A stretch of DNA of 64,000 bases, taken from contig CBIHNR010000001.1 in NCBI GenBank assembly GCA_966211215.1, forward strand, positions 22,658 to 86,657, in the 5' to 3' direction. Shown one piece after another: positions 10,418 through 21,491 of this stretch. Under the pieces are notes generated by a model. The model ran no database searches. It worked only from the letters and a program-made list of their open reading frames with translations, and was not told where the DNA came from. Within the stretch, counting starts at the first letter, position 1, and each line of letters opens with the position of its first letter. The position numbers and the translations under genes are program-made. The stretch is from an uncultured Pedobacter sp. (GTDB lineage Bacteria > Bacteroidota > Bacteroidia > Sphingobacteriales > Sphingobacteriaceae).

Positions 10418-11158
10418 ATGAGTTTACTTGATCAAATTGATAAGAATAAATTACCGCAACATATAGCCATAATTATGGATGGTAATGGCAGGTGGGCCAA
10501 AGAAAAAGGTAAACTCCGTGTTTTTGGGCATCAGCATGGAGTTGCAGCAGTACGCGATACAGTGGAGGGTGCGGTGGAAGTAGGTATTCCTTTTATTACC
10601 CTATATGCTTTCTCAACCGAAAATTGGAACCGCCCAAAACTGGAGGTGATGGCTTTAATGGAGATACTTGTGTCGACGATTAACAAGGAAACCAAGACAC
10701 TAATGGAGAACGGTGTACGTTTAAATGCTATTGGGAACCTTGATTTATTGCCCGATAGGTGTAAAAATCAGTTAAACGAAGCGATGGAAAAAACCTCAGG
10801 AAATACCAGGTGTACATTAACGCTTGCCCTGAGTTATAGTTCTCGCTGGGAAATCGTTAACGCATCAAAAAAACTGGCAGAGCAGGTTCAAAAAGGCTTA
10901 ATTAAACCTGAAGACATTAATGAAGAAATGTTCTCCGAAGCGTTAACAACAGCAAACATGCCCGACCCCGAGCTGATGATCCGTACTAGTGGGGAATACC
11001 GCATAAGCAATTACTTATTATGGCAAATCGCTTATGCAGAATTGCATTTTATAAAAAAATTATGGCCGGATTTTAGAAGGGAAGACCTTTTTGAGGCGAT
11101 AATTGACTATCAAAAACGCGAACGCCGCTTTGGAAAGACAAGTGAGCAGGTGAACTAA
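10418..11158 (+). CDS. uppS: isoprenyl transferase / undecaprenyl-diphosphate synthase
   Basis: HIAIIMDGNGRWA, FSTENW.RP, IRTSGE.RISN.LLWQ.AYAE. Confidence 0.95.
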   Translation: MSLLDQIDKNKLPQHIAIIMDGNGRWAKEKGKLRVFGHQHGVAAVRDTVEGAVEVGIPFITLYAFSTENWNRPKLEVMALMEILVSTINKETKTLMENGVRLNAIGNLDLLPDRCKNQLNEAMEKTSGNTRCTLTLALSYSSRWEIVNASKKLAEQVQKGLIKPEDINEEMFSEALTTANMPDPELMIRTSGEYRISNYLLWQIAYAELHFIKKLWPDFRREDLFEAIIDYQKRERRFGKTSEQVN

Positions 11159-11218
11159 TTTTCCTTTTAACATATATTAACAACTGTTTAAATTATTTTA
11201 GCGACGTTGAAAATCCAA

Positions 11219-13768
11219 ATGAATAAGTATTTAGCTACATTATATTTACTGGTATTTAGTTCGGTTACCTTTGCCCAGATAGGTGGGCCGCGTAATCCCG
11301 GAATACGCCGCCAAGCAGGTAAGGACGACGAAATAAGTTATCTAAGCCCGAAAGAATTTGTGATTGGAGGAATTTCGGTAACTGGTACAGAATTTCTGGA
11401 TAAAGAGATTCTTATTCAAATATCAAAACTTACCCAAGGCGACCGTATTGAAGTGCCTGGCGACGCAACTGCAAATGCTGTTAAGAACTTATGGGCTCAA
11501 GGCCTTTTCGATGATGTACAGTTAAACGTTGAAAGGGTAAAAGAAGATACTATCTATTTTAACATCAACGTTGTTGAACGCCCACGCCTAACCCGTATTG
11601 ATTTAAAAGGCCTAAAAAAAGGTGAAGCGGATGATATTCGTGAAAAGTTAAACGATAAAAAGGGCAAGATTGTTAACGAGGGGCTGATCAGTACAAGTAC
11701 TGCTATTATTAGAAAATACTTTAATGATAAAGGTTATTTGTATGCAGATATCAAGTTTAACCAGAAAAAGGATCCTGCTGAGGCTAACAATGTAATTCTT
11801 GAGATCGATGTAGATAAGAATTCGAAAACCAAAATCAAGAAGATCAAATTTGAAGGAAATAAGGACTTTAAATCTGCTCAGCTTAAAAAGTTTTTAAAGA
11901 AAACTAAAGAGAAATCGAAAATTAACGTATTCCGGTCTGGTAAGTTTTTGCAGGAGAAGTACGAAGAAGATAAGCGTTCATTAATTGCAAAAATACAAGC
12001 TAAAGGCTATCGCGATGCAGAAATAGTTAGCGACACTGTTATCAAAAATCCTAATCAAACCGTTAGCATTGGTATTAAGCTTTATGAAGGCCCTAAATAT
12101 TATTTCGGCGATCTGAAGTTTGCCGGAAATGCTGTTTATACTACTGAGTATCTAACAAATCTGCTTGGTATCCAAAAAGGCGACGTATTTAGCGAAGAGA
12201 AACTGGAAAAGAAACTTCGTGGAAGCCAAAGTGGAGATGACGTTTCATCGGTATATCTTAACAACGGATATTTAACTTTCAATGTTGACCCTATTCAAAC
12301 CAGGGTACATAGTGATACTATCGACCTTGAGCTAAGAATATTTGAAGGCCCACAATATACTATCAACAAAGTTTCTTTGAAAGGAAATGATATTACTCAT
12401 GACAGGGTCGTAATGCGTGAGATTCGTACCAAGCCTGGACAAAAGTTTTCTAAAGAATTAGTAGTTCGTACAACACGTGAGATTGCACAGTTAGGAAACT
12501 TTGATGAGCAAAAAACAGATGTACGTCCAATTCCAAACCCTTCTGACGGAACAGTAGATATTGAGTACACCGTTGCTGAAAAGCCATCAGACCAAATCGA
12601 ACTATCAGGTGGTTTTGGTGGTGGCCGTATTATCGGGACTTTGGGTTTAACCTTTAATAACTTTTCGGCCAGAAACTTATTCAATCTCAAAGAATGGAAA
12701 CCACTTCCTAAAGGCGATGGCCAGAAATTGAGTATCAGAGGGCAAACTAATGGTAAATACTACCAATCATATAGCTTTTCTTTTTCTGAGCCATGGTTGG
12801 GGGGTAAAAAGCCTGTTTACTTCGGTATAAGTGCCTTTACATCCTTAAGCTCAAACCAGTATTCGAATTCAATTGAAGCTGCGAATATTTCCAAAATTCG
12901 TTTGAACGGTTTAACATTCAGCTTGGGGCAAAGATTAAAATGGCCAGATGATTATTTTCAGATCAACTCGTCAATAAATCTTCAGCAATATAAGCTGAGA
13001 AACTATGGTGGGTTCTTGTTTTCTACAGGAACATCTTACAACTTAAACTTTACGGAACAGATTAGCCGTAACTCAGTAGATGCGCCTATTTATCCAACTT
13101 CTGGTTCTCATTTGAGATTAACCGTACAGGCTACGCCGCCATATTCACTCTTCAACAACACAAACTATCGTACAGCCCCACCTGAGGAACGTTTCAGGTT
13201 TACAGAGTATCATAAATGGAAATTTGAGTCGCAGTGGTACCAGCGCATTTATGGAAAATTGGTATTAAAAGCCCAAGCCCAGTTTGGTTTCCTTGGTGTA
13301 TATAATAGTGCAGTAGGCCAGTCAGCATTCGAGCGCTTTAAATTAGGCGGCGACGGTATGCAAGGGTATAGTTTCCTTCAAGGATCTGAAATTATTGGTA
13401 TGCGTGGTTATCAAAATAACTCCGTTATTCCAGATAATACCTCGAATATTAACGTTGCACAAAATTCAGGTAGTCCTCTTTTTAACAAATATATATTAGA
13501 GCTTAGATATCCGCTTACATTAAGCCAGCAAGCCCAGGTGTTTGGATTGGTATTTGCCGAAGGCGGTAATACCTGGAACAGGTTTAAAGATTTTACGCCA
13601 TTTAACGTACGCCGTTCAGTGGGTGTTGGTGCAAGGATTTTCTTGCCAATATTTGGATTACTGGGAATCGATTATGGATATGGATTTGATTCAATTCCAG
13701 GTTTGCCAGATGCAAACAAAGGGCAATTCCACTTCAGTATTGCGCAGCAGTTAAGCGGAGGATTTTAA
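11219..13768 (+). CDS. bamA: outer membrane protein assembly factor BamA
   Basis: ~850 aa with a signal peptide, POTRA-like repeats, and a C-terminal Omp85 barrel ending in F. Followed by two skp genes. The ATG at 11219 (MNKYLATLYLL) is preferred to the TTG at 11207. Confidence 0.9.
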   Translation: MNKYLATLYLLVFSSVTFAQIGGPRNPGIRRQAGKDDEISYLSPKEFVIGGISVTGTEFLDKEILIQISKLTQGDRIEVPGDATANAVKNLWAQGLFDDVQLNVERVKEDTIYFNINVVERPRLTRIDLKGLKKGEADDIREKLNDKKGKIVNEGLISTSTAIIRKYFNDKGYLYADIKFNQKKDPAEANNVILEIDVDKNSKTKIKKIKFEGNKDFKSAQLKKFLKKTKEKSKINVFRSGKFLQEKYEEDKRSLIAKIQAKGYRDAEIVSDTVIKNPNQTVSIGIKLYEGPKYYFGDLKFAGNAVYTTEYLTNLLGIQKGDVFSEEKLEKKLRGSQSGDDVSSVYLNNGYLTFNVDPIQTRVHSDTIDLELRIFEGPQYTINKVSLKGNDITHDRVVMREIRTKPGQKFSKELVVRTTREIAQLGNFDEQKTDVRPIPNPSDGTVDIEYTVAEKPSDQIELSGGFGGGRIIGTLGLTFNNFSARNLFNLKEWKPLPKGDGQKLSIRGQTNGKYYQSYSFSFSEPWLGGKKPVYFGISAFTSLSSNQYSNSIEAANISKIRLNGLTFSLGQRLKWPDDYFQINSSINLQQYKLRNYGGFLFSTGTSYNLNFTEQISRNSVDAPIYPTSGSHLRLTVQATPPYSLFNNTNYRTAPPEERFRFTEYHKWKFESQWYQRIYGKLVLKAQAQFGFLGVYNSAVGQSAFERFKLGGDGMQGYSFLQGSEIIGMRGYQNNSVIPDNTSNINVAQNSGSPLFNKYILELRYPLTLSQQAQVFGLVFAEGGNTWNRFKDFTPFNVRRSVGVGARIFLPIFGLLGIDYGYGFDSIPGLPDANKGQFHFSIAQQLSGGF

Positions 13769-13931
13769 CAGTATTGAAAGGTTGACATTTTAATTACTAT
13801 CAGGATTAAACTATTATAGAGTTACCCTTTCAAACCAAAAAATATTATGAAACCATCATGTATGCTGGCCAGTAAACAGGAAACCTGCTGCAAATAATGG
13901 CTTCATTACATTTAAAAACGAATTTATTCTG

Positions 13932-14462
13932 ATGAAAAAGATTTTTTTATTTGTTTGTTTTGCTTTCTTTGCAAGCCTAAGTTCTTTTGCTCAGCGTTTT
14001 GCATATGTAGATAGTGAATATATCTTAAAGCATATTCCTGAATATACATCAGCCCAAAAACAGCTTGATGCACTTTCTCAAACCTGGCAAAAAGAAGTAG
14101 ATGGCCGTTTTGCAGAAGTGGAAACGATGTATAAAGCCTACCAGGCAGATCAGGTTTTGTTAACTGATGAAATGAGAAAACGCAGGGAGAATGAGATTGT
14201 AGAGAAAGAAAAAGCGGCAAAGGATTTTCAAAGGACAAAATTCGGCTTTGAAGGAGAACTTTATCAGCAACGTATAAAACTGATTAAGCCCATACAAGAC
14301 AGGGTAGCAAAAGCTGTAGAGGCGGTTGCTGAAAACGCACAGCTAGATATGATCTTTGACAAAAACAGTAACGTGATAATGTTATATGCAAGTTTACGTT
14401 TAGATAAAAGCAACGACGTTATCACCAGATTGGGCTATAAACCAGGCACATTAGCCAAATAG
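13932..14462 (+). CDS. OmpH/Skp-family periplasmic chaperone
   Basis: Signal peptide, ~170 aa, coiled-coil-rich with K/E/Q bias, downstream of bamA. Confidence 0.85.
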   Translation: MKKIFLFVCFAFFASLSSFAQRFAYVDSEYILKHIPEYTSAQKQLDALSQTWQKEVDGRFAEVETMYKAYQADQVLLTDEMRKRRENEIVEKEKAAKDFQRTKFGFEGELYQQRIKLIKPIQDRVAKAVEAVAENAQLDMIFDKNSNVIMLYASLRLDKSNDVITRLGYKPGTLAK

Positions 14463-14501
14463 AGTAAAAAGTTTAGAACAACATAATTTTTAAAATCAGA
14501 A

Positions 14502-15065
14502 ATGAAGAATTTAGTTAAGGTAGCAGTAGTTGCTGTTGGTTTATTTTTAGCGGGAAATGCTGTAAATGCACAACAAAAGTTAGGGCATATTAATTCAGGC
14601 GAGTTATTACAGGCAATGCCTGAAATGAAAGCTGCAGATGCCAGCTTTAAAACATTCCAGGATCAAAAGGAAAACGCTTTAAAGCAAATGGATGCTGAGC
14701 GCCAGAAAAAAATAACCGTTTATCAGGAGAAAGCCCGCACATTAAGCGAAGCAAATAAAGAAGTTCTTGGAAAGGAAATGGAAGTTTTGGTAAAAGAGAT
14801 CCAGGATATGGAGAAACGTATCACCGAAACTCAACAAAAATCTCAACAGGAGCTGCAAACTAAACAAGGAGAGCTTTATCAGCCAATCTACAAAAAAGCA
14901 GAAGATGCTGTAAGGGCAGTAGCTAAAGAAAAAGGTTACGCTTACGTTTTTGATATTTCTCAGCCAGGTGTAGTTTACTTCGATGGTGGTGATGACATTA
15001 TAGCACTAGTGAAAACTAAACTGGGTATATCTTCAACTCCAACAGCTGCAGCACCTAAGAAGTAA
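14502..15065 (+). CDS. OmpH/Skp-family periplasmic chaperone (second copy)
   Basis: Signal peptide (AGNAVNAQQ), coiled-coil composition, and the conserved GYAYVFD motif region. Confidence 0.85.
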   Translation: MKNLVKVAVVAVGLFLAGNAVNAQQKLGHINSGELLQAMPEMKAADASFKTFQDQKENALKQMDAERQKKITVYQEKARTLSEANKEVLGKEMEVLVKEIQDMEKRITETQQKSQQELQTKQGELYQPIYKKAEDAVRAVAKEKGYAYVFDISQPGVVYFDGGDDIIALVKTKLGISSTPTAAAPKK

Positions 15066-15097
15066 GCACTAACAAAAGAATATAATTCGATATTACG

Positions 15098-15128
15098 CAG
15101 CGAGGCCTAGGCCTCGCTGTTTTTGTTT
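15098..15128 (+). terminator. rho-independent terminator after skp
   Basis: Perfect GC-rich palindrome CAGCGAGGCCTAGGCCTCGCTG followed by TTTTTGTTT. Confidence 0.85.
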
Positions 15129-15141
15129 ATAGGCGGCCACA

Positions 15142-15149
15142 TATCTTTG
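15142..15149 (+). promoter_or_regulatory. -7 promoter box (TATCTTTG) for the nuoH-N operon
   Basis: Exact TAnnTTTG match immediately after the skp terminator and ~60 nt upstream of nuoH. Confidence 0.5.
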
Positions 15150-15211
15150 CCGCGTTCATTTAGTAAATAAAATTCAGCGATATTCCGTAAGTTTGCGCAA
15201 AATTTCCGGAA

Positions 15212-16282
15212 TTGAATTTCTACGTCATATACGTTCTTGTTGCAGTTTTGCTTTTCGCATTTACCGCATTATTCGCATTGTTTGCGGTTTATGCAGAGCG
15301 AAAAGTCTCTGCCTTTATGCAAGACCGGCTTGGCCCCATGGAAACCGGAAAATTTGGAAGCTTGCAGACTTTTGCTGATATTCTGAAAATGTTGCAAAAG
15401 GAATTAATAGTTCCTGCTGTCGCTGATAAAGTTTTGTTCGTTGTAGCCCCGGTGATGATTTTTGTATCGGTGTATATGGGATTTGCAAGCTTGCCCTGGG
15501 CTCCTGGTTTAGTTCCTTCTTCAATAAATCTCGGCGTATTCTATGTATTTGCCATTGTTTCTATAGAAGCTGTGGGGATTTTAATGGCAGGCTGGGGTTC
15601 CAATAACAAATATTCACTTTTAGGCGCCTTGCGTTCAGTGGCGCAAGTTGTGTCCTACGAAATTCCGGCAGGAGTTGCTATTATATCTGCCGTTATGCTT
15701 GCCCAAAGCCTGGATTTACAAGAAATATCTACGCTGCAAGGGATACTGACAACTCAAACTGCGAAGTTTTTTGGCTTTTGGGATGTCACCAAAATAGGGG
15801 GATTTCTGGCATGGAATGTATTTCAGGCACCACATCTTATTATTGCATACGTTATTTATTATATAGCCTCACTTGCAGAGTGCAACCGGGCTCCTTTTGA
15901 TATTCCAGAAGCTGAATCAGAGTTGGTGTCTGGTTTCCATACGGAGTACACAGGCATTCGCTTTGCGTTTGTATTTCTTGGGGAGTATTCAATGATGTTC
16001 TTAGTAGGCATGTTCGGAGTACTTTTGTTCTTGGGAGGCTGGAATACGCCACTTCCGAACATTGGTGCCGTAAGGTTGGCTGACTGGACCACAGGAACCG
16101 CCTGGGGCATCTTTTGGATTGTAGCAAAGGTGTTGTTGGTAGTGTTTACCCAGATGTGGATTCGCTGGACTTTGCCTCGCTTGCGGGTAGACCAGTTGAT
16201 GGACCTGTGCTGGAAGGTTTTGACACCTGCCGCATTTGCATGTATGTTAATTAGTGGCGTTTGGAGATTACTGGTAATGTAG
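15212..16282 (+). CDS. nuoH: NADH-quinone oxidoreductase subunit H
   Basis: [26 protein letters not shown], and the [16 protein letters not shown] motifs. TTG start. Confidence 0.95.
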   Translation: MNFYVIYVLVAVLLFAFTALFALFAVYAERKVSAFMQDRLGPMETGKFGSLQTFADILKMLQKELIVPAVADKVLFVVAPVMIFVSVYMGFASLPWAPGLVPSSINLGVFYVFAIVSIEAVGILMAGWGSNNKYSLLGALRSVAQVVSYEIPAGVAIISAVMLAQSLDLQEISTLQGILTTQTAKFFGFWDVTKIGGFLAWNVFQAPHLIIAYVIYYIASLAECNRAPFDIPEAESELVSGFHTEYTGIRFAFVFLGEYSMMFLVGMFGVLLFLGGWNTPLPNIGAVRLADWTTGTAWGIFWIVAKVLLVVFTQMWIRWTLPRLRVDQLMDLCWKVLTPAAFACMLISGVWRLLVM

Positions 16283-16307
16283 TTTCATAGTAGTTAGATT
16301 TTAAAGA

Positions 16308-16895
16308 TTGATCATTAAAAATACCATATCAGCTTTTATTACTTCCTGGAAGGGCTTGTCGCTCACCCTGAAGCATTTTCTTGCCGCTGGCAAGAAACGT
16401 AAAAGTATTGATGTGAAAAACGATAATTATTTCGCCGAGCAAGAGGGGATAGTCACTGTGCAATACCCAAGGGAGAAAATGCCGGTTCCGGAAATCGGGC
16501 GTTATCAGCTCGAGGTTGAAATTGATGATTGTATCGTTTGCGACCTGTGTGCTAAGATCTGTCCGGTTGATTGCATTGATATAGAAAGCATCAAAGGAAC
16601 CGGGCCGCTTGGACAAACTTCCGACGGGACAGTGAAGCGCCTTTACGCCGCCAAGTTCGATATCGATATGGCAAAGTGCTTGTACTGCGGTTTATGTACA
16701 GTTGTCTGCCCAACAGAGTGCATTACTATGACTAATAAGTACGATAGAAGTGTTACTCAGCTTGCAGAACTAACTTATAAGTTCTCGGATATGACACCTG
16801 AAGAAGCCGAGGAAAAAAGGCAGGAACTGGCAAAGCAACAGGCCGAAAAGCAGGCAGCCAAAGAAGCTGCTATGAGAGCAAAGGGTGGAAGCTAA
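16308..16895 (+). CDS. nuoI: NADH-quinone oxidoreductase subunit I (2x[4Fe-4S])
   Basis: Two ferredoxin motifs, CIVCDLCAKICP and CLYCGLCTVVCP. It also has an unusual Lys/Ala/Glu-rich C-terminal tail. TTG start. Confidence 0.9.
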   Translation: MIIKNTISAFITSWKGLSLTLKHFLAAGKKRKSIDVKNDNYFAEQEGIVTVQYPREKMPVPEIGRYQLEVEIDDCIVCDLCAKICPVDCIDIESIKGTGPLGQTSDGTVKRLYAAKFDIDMAKCLYCGLCTVVCPTECITMTNKYDRSVTQLAELTYKFSDMTPEEAEEKRQELAKQQAEKQAAKEAAMRAKGGS

Positions 16896-16988
16896 TTTTG
16901 ATTATATGTGAATTTGGGGTTTTGCCCTATAAATCAAATAAATGGAGTTTTATTGGTCTTACTAATAAATAGAGAAGAATAGAATTAA

Positions 16989-17531
16989 ATGGATATTGAA
17001 CAATTAGTGTTTTATATTTTTGCAGTGATTGTGCTAGCGTCTGCATTGCTGGTTGTTGCAAATAAGAATCTGGTTCGTTCGATCTTCCTGTTTTTTATTA
17101 CACTGTTTTCTATGGCTGGCTTATTTGTTTTCGCGCTGGCTGATTTCGTAGCAATAACGCAAATTGTTATTTACGTTGGTGGAGTATTGGTGTTGATGAT
17201 ATTTGCCTTCTTACTTTCCAATAAGCACATTCTCGATAATCCGGACAGTCTAAAAACAGGTTTTATTGGACTGCACCATTTACCGGGCATCTTGGTTGCA
17301 TTTTTATTTTTCATTGTAATAGTGTGGTCGGTTTCATTGGCTAAAGTGGAACAATTGGAATGGATACAGCAGTCAGGCGATAATACTTTAAAACCTTCTG
17401 ATAATACCATACATAATATTGGGATTAATTTGATGACAAGGTATTTATTGCCTTTTGAGGTGATATCTGTATTCCTGATGATGGCTTTAATTGGAGCCGC
17501 ACATTTAGCGAGAAAGGAACGTAAGGCATGA
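16989..17531 (+). CDS. nuoJ: NADH-quinone oxidoreductase subunit J
   Basis: Hydrophobic ~180-aa protein in nuo order, with the ...FEV.SVFLMMALIGA motif. Confidence 0.88.
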   Translation: MDIEQLVFYIFAVIVLASALLVVANKNLVRSIFLFFITLFSMAGLFVFALADFVAITQIVIYVGGVLVLMIFAFLLSNKHILDNPDSLKTGFIGLHHLPGILVAFLFFIVIVWSVSLAKVEQLEWIQQSGDNTLKPSDNTIHNIGINLMTRYLLPFEVISVFLMMALIGAAHLARKERKA

Positions 17532-17833
17532 TTCCTTTATCCCATTACCTTATAATAAGTGCCGCTTTATTTAGCATAGGTTTATACGCTGTACTTTCAA
17601 AGCGAAACGCCATCATGATTTTGGTAGGGATCGAGTTTATGCTTAATGCGGCAATTCTTAACTTCGTGGCCTTTAGTAAACATGATAAATTTGCAGCAAG
17701 CGGACAAGTATTTGCGCTTTTTGCGATTGTGCTTGCGGCGGCCGCGGTAGCTGTCTCGCTAGCCATTATACTAAACGTGTATAAATATTATAAAACGATA
17801 GACCCAACTCAAATAGATAAGCTTAGAGATTAA
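17528..17833 (+). CDS. nuoK: NADH-quinone oxidoreductase subunit K
   Basis: 101 aa with three TM helices, GIEFMLNA and the conserved Glu. ATGA overlap with nuoJ. Confidence 0.93.
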   Translation: MIPLSHYLIISAALFSIGLYAVLSKRNAIMILVGIEFMLNAAILNFVAFSKHDKFAASGQVFALFAIVLAAAAVAVSLAIILNVYKYYKTIDPTQIDKLRD

Positions 17834-17834
17834 C

Positions 17835-19892
17835 TTGGACACATTTACGCCGGAAACCATTAGTTTACTAGCTCTGCTAGCTGCCCTTATGCCACTGCTT
17901 TCTTTTGGTGGGATTTTGCTTGTACCTGGAGAAAGGAACAGGGGTTCATTTTTTTCTATTCTGAATATTTCTACCAGTCTGGCCTTATCGGTTATTGTTT
18001 TTATTCACGTTTGGCAGCAGCCCACAGTCCATCATCAAATAGAATGGTTCACCGTAGGGGACTGGAAGTTCAAAGCTGGAATATTACTTAATAACCTTTC
18101 AGCCTTAATGCTGGTGCTTATTTCCCTCGTAGCCACCTTGGTGCATATATACTCTACCAAATATATGGAGGGCGACCCTTACATTTTCCGGTATTGGGCA
18201 TATCTGGGCCTGTTCTGTTTTTCAATGTTAGGGCTTGTTATAGCCGATAACCTTTTGCTTATTTACATGTTTTGGGAGCTGGTAGGCTTTTCATCTTACT
18301 TGTTAATTGGTTTTTGGTTTACACGTGATGCAGCAGTTCAGGCAAATAAGAAGGCTTTCATCATGAATCGTCTGGGCGATTTAGGTTTCCTGACAGGCAT
18401 AATGATCATCTTTGCCCAATTTCAAACCCTGGATATTGCTTTGCTCTTCAAGGATGGCGGTTTTGTGAGCCATTCATTGGTGCAGAATGGTTTCTGGATT
18501 TTCAGCTCTAACCAAATGCCAGCTATATGGCTAACCATTGCCGGTTTGGCTTTCTTTTTCGGAGCCACCGCAAAATCTGCACAATTCCCATTACATACTT
18601 GGCTGCCTGATGCTATGGAAGGGCCGACTTCGGTTTCTTCGTTAATCCATGCGGCAACCATGGTTGCTGCCGGTGTGTTCCTTCTTGCAAGAATCACCCC
18701 AATATTTAATTCCACTGTTTTGACGGTTATTGCTGCTATTGGCGCGTTTACAGCTTTTATGTCGGCCACTATCGCGTTAGCACAAAACGATATTAAGCGA
18801 ATCCTTGCATTTTCGACTATTTCGCAGCTTGGCTTTATGATGCTGGCAATTGGAGTTGGTGCTTATGCTTCGGCGATATTTCATTTGGTTACACACGCCT
18901 TCTTTAAGTGCCTGCTTTTTTTAGCGGCGGGGGCAGTTATCCACGAGATGCATCACCTGAAAGAAAGAAAGACATTAGATTTTGACCACCAGGATATCCG
19001 AGTTATGGGAGGCCTGCGTAAGTTTATGCCACTTACCTTTATAACGATGGTGTTGGCTTCGCTAGCCTTGGTCGGGCTGCCATTTACATCTGGATATTTA
19101 TCAAAAGATGCTATTTTGATACAGGCTTTTGAATGGGCAGATACCAAGAGTGTTTGGGCAAGATTGGTTCCATATTCCGCATTATTTACTTCGTGGCTTA
19201 CAGCTTTTTATATCTCACGATTAATCTTTAAAGTGTTCTTCGGGGAACTGAAGCTAAATAAAGCCTTCGCGCAGCAATTCACCTTGCATGAAGCACCTGG
19301 CGCTATGAAATATGTGTTGGTTGTTCTGGCTATTTTCTGCCTGTTTCCAATATTTTCAAGTAACCCTTTTCACTATGAGCATGCCTGGATCATCGAAGGT
19401 TTGCCTGTAATTTCAGGAATTGCCCGTGTAAACATTTTCCACACGATTATTCCCATCACTGTAAACCTGGCTGCTTGTTTCCTGATTTTTATTGCTTACA
19501 AATGGTATGCTGTGGTGGTAAAAGCTCCTGATTTCACGCATACTCTATTATTCCGTTTCGCCGAAAATCAGTGGTATTTTGATAAATTCTATAAAAATGT
19601 CTTTGTAGACAAGGTTGTAGCGCTAGCTAAGGCTACGTTTAAGTTTGATAAAGTAGTGATAGATGGCATAGTGAACCTGATAGGAGACGTTGGTGTTTTG
19701 TTTGCGGCAATCTCGCATTGGTTTGACCGCAAAATAGTTGACGGCCTGGTAAATGGGGCTGGTTCTGTATCTAAATCTATTGGTAATTTTGCCCGCCATT
19801 TCCAAACCGGGCGTTTGCAGCATTATTTAGTCACAATGTTGCTTGTTGTATTGACTTTCTTCATCATAAAATATTTTAGCCTGGCGATATGA
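17835..19892 (+). CDS. nuoL: NADH-quinone oxidoreductase subunit L
   Basis: 685-aa antiporter-like subunit (WELVG.SSYLLIGFW, KSAQFPLHTWLPDAMEGPT) with a C-terminal lateral-helix extension. TTG start 1 nt after the nuoK stop. Confidence 0.95.
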   Translation: MDTFTPETISLLALLAALMPLLSFGGILLVPGERNRGSFFSILNISTSLALSVIVFIHVWQQPTVHHQIEWFTVGDWKFKAGILLNNLSALMLVLISLVATLVHIYSTKYMEGDPYIFRYWAYLGLFCFSMLGLVIADNLLLIYMFWELVGFSSYLLIGFWFTRDAAVQANKKAFIMNRLGDLGFLTGIMIIFAQFQTLDIALLFKDGGFVSHSLVQNGFWIFSSNQMPAIWLTIAGLAFFFGATAKSAQFPLHTWLPDAMEGPTSVSSLIHAATMVAAGVFLLARITPIFNSTVLTVIAAIGAFTAFMSATIALAQNDIKRILAFSTISQLGFMMLAIGVGAYASAIFHLVTHAFFKCLLFLAAGAVIHEMHHLKERKTLDFDHQDIRVMGGLRKFMPLTFITMVLASLALVGLPFTSGYLSKDAILIQAFEWADTKSVWARLVPYSALFTSWLTAFYISRLIFKVFFGELKLNKAFAQQFTLHEAPGAMKYVLVVLAIFCLFPIFSSNPFHYEHAWIIEGLPVISGIARVNIFHTIIPITVNLAACFLIFIAYKWYAVVVKAPDFTHTLLFRFAENQWYFDKFYKNVFVDKVVALAKATFKFDKVVIDGIVNLIGDVGVLFAAISHWFDRKIVDGLVNGAGSVSKSIGNFARHFQTGRLQHYLVTMLLVVLTFFIIKYFSLAI

Positions 19893-21490
19893 GTTTGCTT
19901 TCACTGTTGATATTTCTTCCATTAGTAGCGGGTATACTAATCCTCCTGCTTCCTTCGGCATGGCAACAGCGTTATAAATATGTGGCACTTGGAGCAATTG
20001 TAGTGCAGTTGGTAATAAGTACCTATATCTACTTTAAGTTTGATGGCGCGGTTTATTCAGGTATAGCAGAGCAAAGCAAGTATCAATTGGTGGAGCGTTT
20101 ACCCTGGATACACTTAAATCTTGGCTCTTTAGGGCACCTGCAAATCGATTACTTTTTAGGAATCGATGGACTGTCGATGCCTTTCTTGTTTCTTACCGCC
20201 TTGGTAATGTTGGTAGCACTTTTGGCTTCCTGGGAAATTAAAACCAATTTGAAAGGTTTCTTTGCCTTGTTTTTATTGCTGGATACGGCTGTAATGGGGG
20301 TGTTCTCGGCTTTAGACTTTTTTCTCTTTTATATATTTTATGAGCTGATGCTTCTTCCGTTATATTTCCTTATTGGTATGTGGGGAGGTGCAAGGAGAGA
20401 ATATGCTGCTATAAAATTCTTCCTTTATACGCTTTTCGGATCCGTATTTATGCTACTTGCAATAATAGGATTATATTTTTCAGTAGTAGATCCCGAAACA
20501 GGAAACCATACCTTTAATATGTTGCATATGATGAACCCTGCCAATTATGTAGAGGGTTCAATTTTCTCTGTGCTTGCTAATCAGCAAATATTTGGTATTT
20601 CGGCTCGCTTACTGGCCTTTATTGTTCTGTTCGTGGCTTTTGCGATTAAAGTACCTATTGTGCCATTACATACCTGGTTGCCAGATGCACACGTTGAGGC
20701 GCCTACTCCGGTCTCCATCATCCTTGCGGGAATTTTGCTGAAAGTTGGAGGATATGGGATTTTAAGAATTTGCGTAAGTATTTTTCCGGATGCCACAATC
20801 CAAAGCGCATGGTGGCTGGGCTTAATAGGAGTAGTTTCTATTATTTATGGTGCATTAAACGCCCTTGCACAAAAAGATTTAAAGAGATTGATTGCCTACT
20901 CGTCGGTATCGCATATGGGCTTTGTTCTGTTGGGAATAGCCTCGATGACCTCTGAAGGTATTAGTGGCGCTATTTTGCAAATGATTAGCCATGGTTTTCT
21001 ATCTTCCATGCTTTTTTTCCTGGTTGGTGTAATTTACGAGCGAGTACATAATCGCGAAATACAAAATTTCAGAGGCCTGGCGCTGATCATGCCAAAGTAT
21101 ACCACCTTTATAATGATAGCTTTTTTTGCTTCGCTGGGCTTACCGGGGTTCTCAGCGTTTATTGCCGAGGCATTTAGCCTAATTGGAGCATTCAACTCAG
21201 AAAGTATTAATGGTTTACTACCGCGATGGATGGCAGTTTGCGCCTCTGTGGGCATTCTTCTAGGTGCTTCTTACTTACTGTGGACATTGCAACGCATGTT
21301 CTTTGGCCAAACACGCTTGTGGGGGGGAGATGATTGGAAAGCAAAACTGACTGATGTTAACGGCCGGGAAGTACTTGCCCTTACATCTCTAACTATAATG
21401 GCTTTGGCTTTGGGTGTGATGCCTTCACTGGCATTTGATAAGATGAATGCATCTGTTTTGGAATTAATTCGTTTGGTGAACCTAAAATAG
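19889..21490 (+). CDS. nuoM: NADH-quinone oxidoreductase subunit M
   Basis: Antiporter-like subunit (FYELMLLPLYFLIG.WG, VPLHTWLPDAHVEAPT). ATGA overlap with nuoL. Confidence 0.95.
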   Translation: MSLLSLLIFLPLVAGILILLLPSAWQQRYKYVALGAIVVQLVISTYIYFKFDGAVYSGIAEQSKYQLVERLPWIHLNLGSLGHLQIDYFLGIDGLSMPFLFLTALVMLVALLASWEIKTNLKGFFALFLLLDTAVMGVFSALDFFLFYIFYELMLLPLYFLIGMWGGARREYAAIKFFLYTLFGSVFMLLAIIGLYFSVVDPETGNHTFNMLHMMNPANYVEGSIFSVLANQQIFGISARLLAFIVLFVAFAIKVPIVPLHTWLPDAHVEAPTPVSIILAGILLKVGGYGILRICVSIFPDATIQSAWWLGLIGVVSIIYGALNALAQKDLKRLIAYSSVSHMGFVLLGIASMTSEGISGAILQMISHGFLSSMLFFLVGVIYERVHNREIQNFRGLALIMPKYTTFIMIAFFASLGLPGFSAFIAEAFSLIGAFNSESINGLLPRWMAVCASVGILLGASYLLWTLQRMFFGQTRLWGGDDWKAKLTDVNGREVLALTSLTIMALALGVMPSLAFDKMNASVLELIRLVNLK

Positions 21491-21491
21491 T

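Noticed and set aside
13847-13897. 16-codon Cys-rich micro-ORF (MKPSCMLASKQETCCK) between bamA and skp
   Set aside because: It is too short to evaluate, has no associated maturation genes, and is most likely chance.
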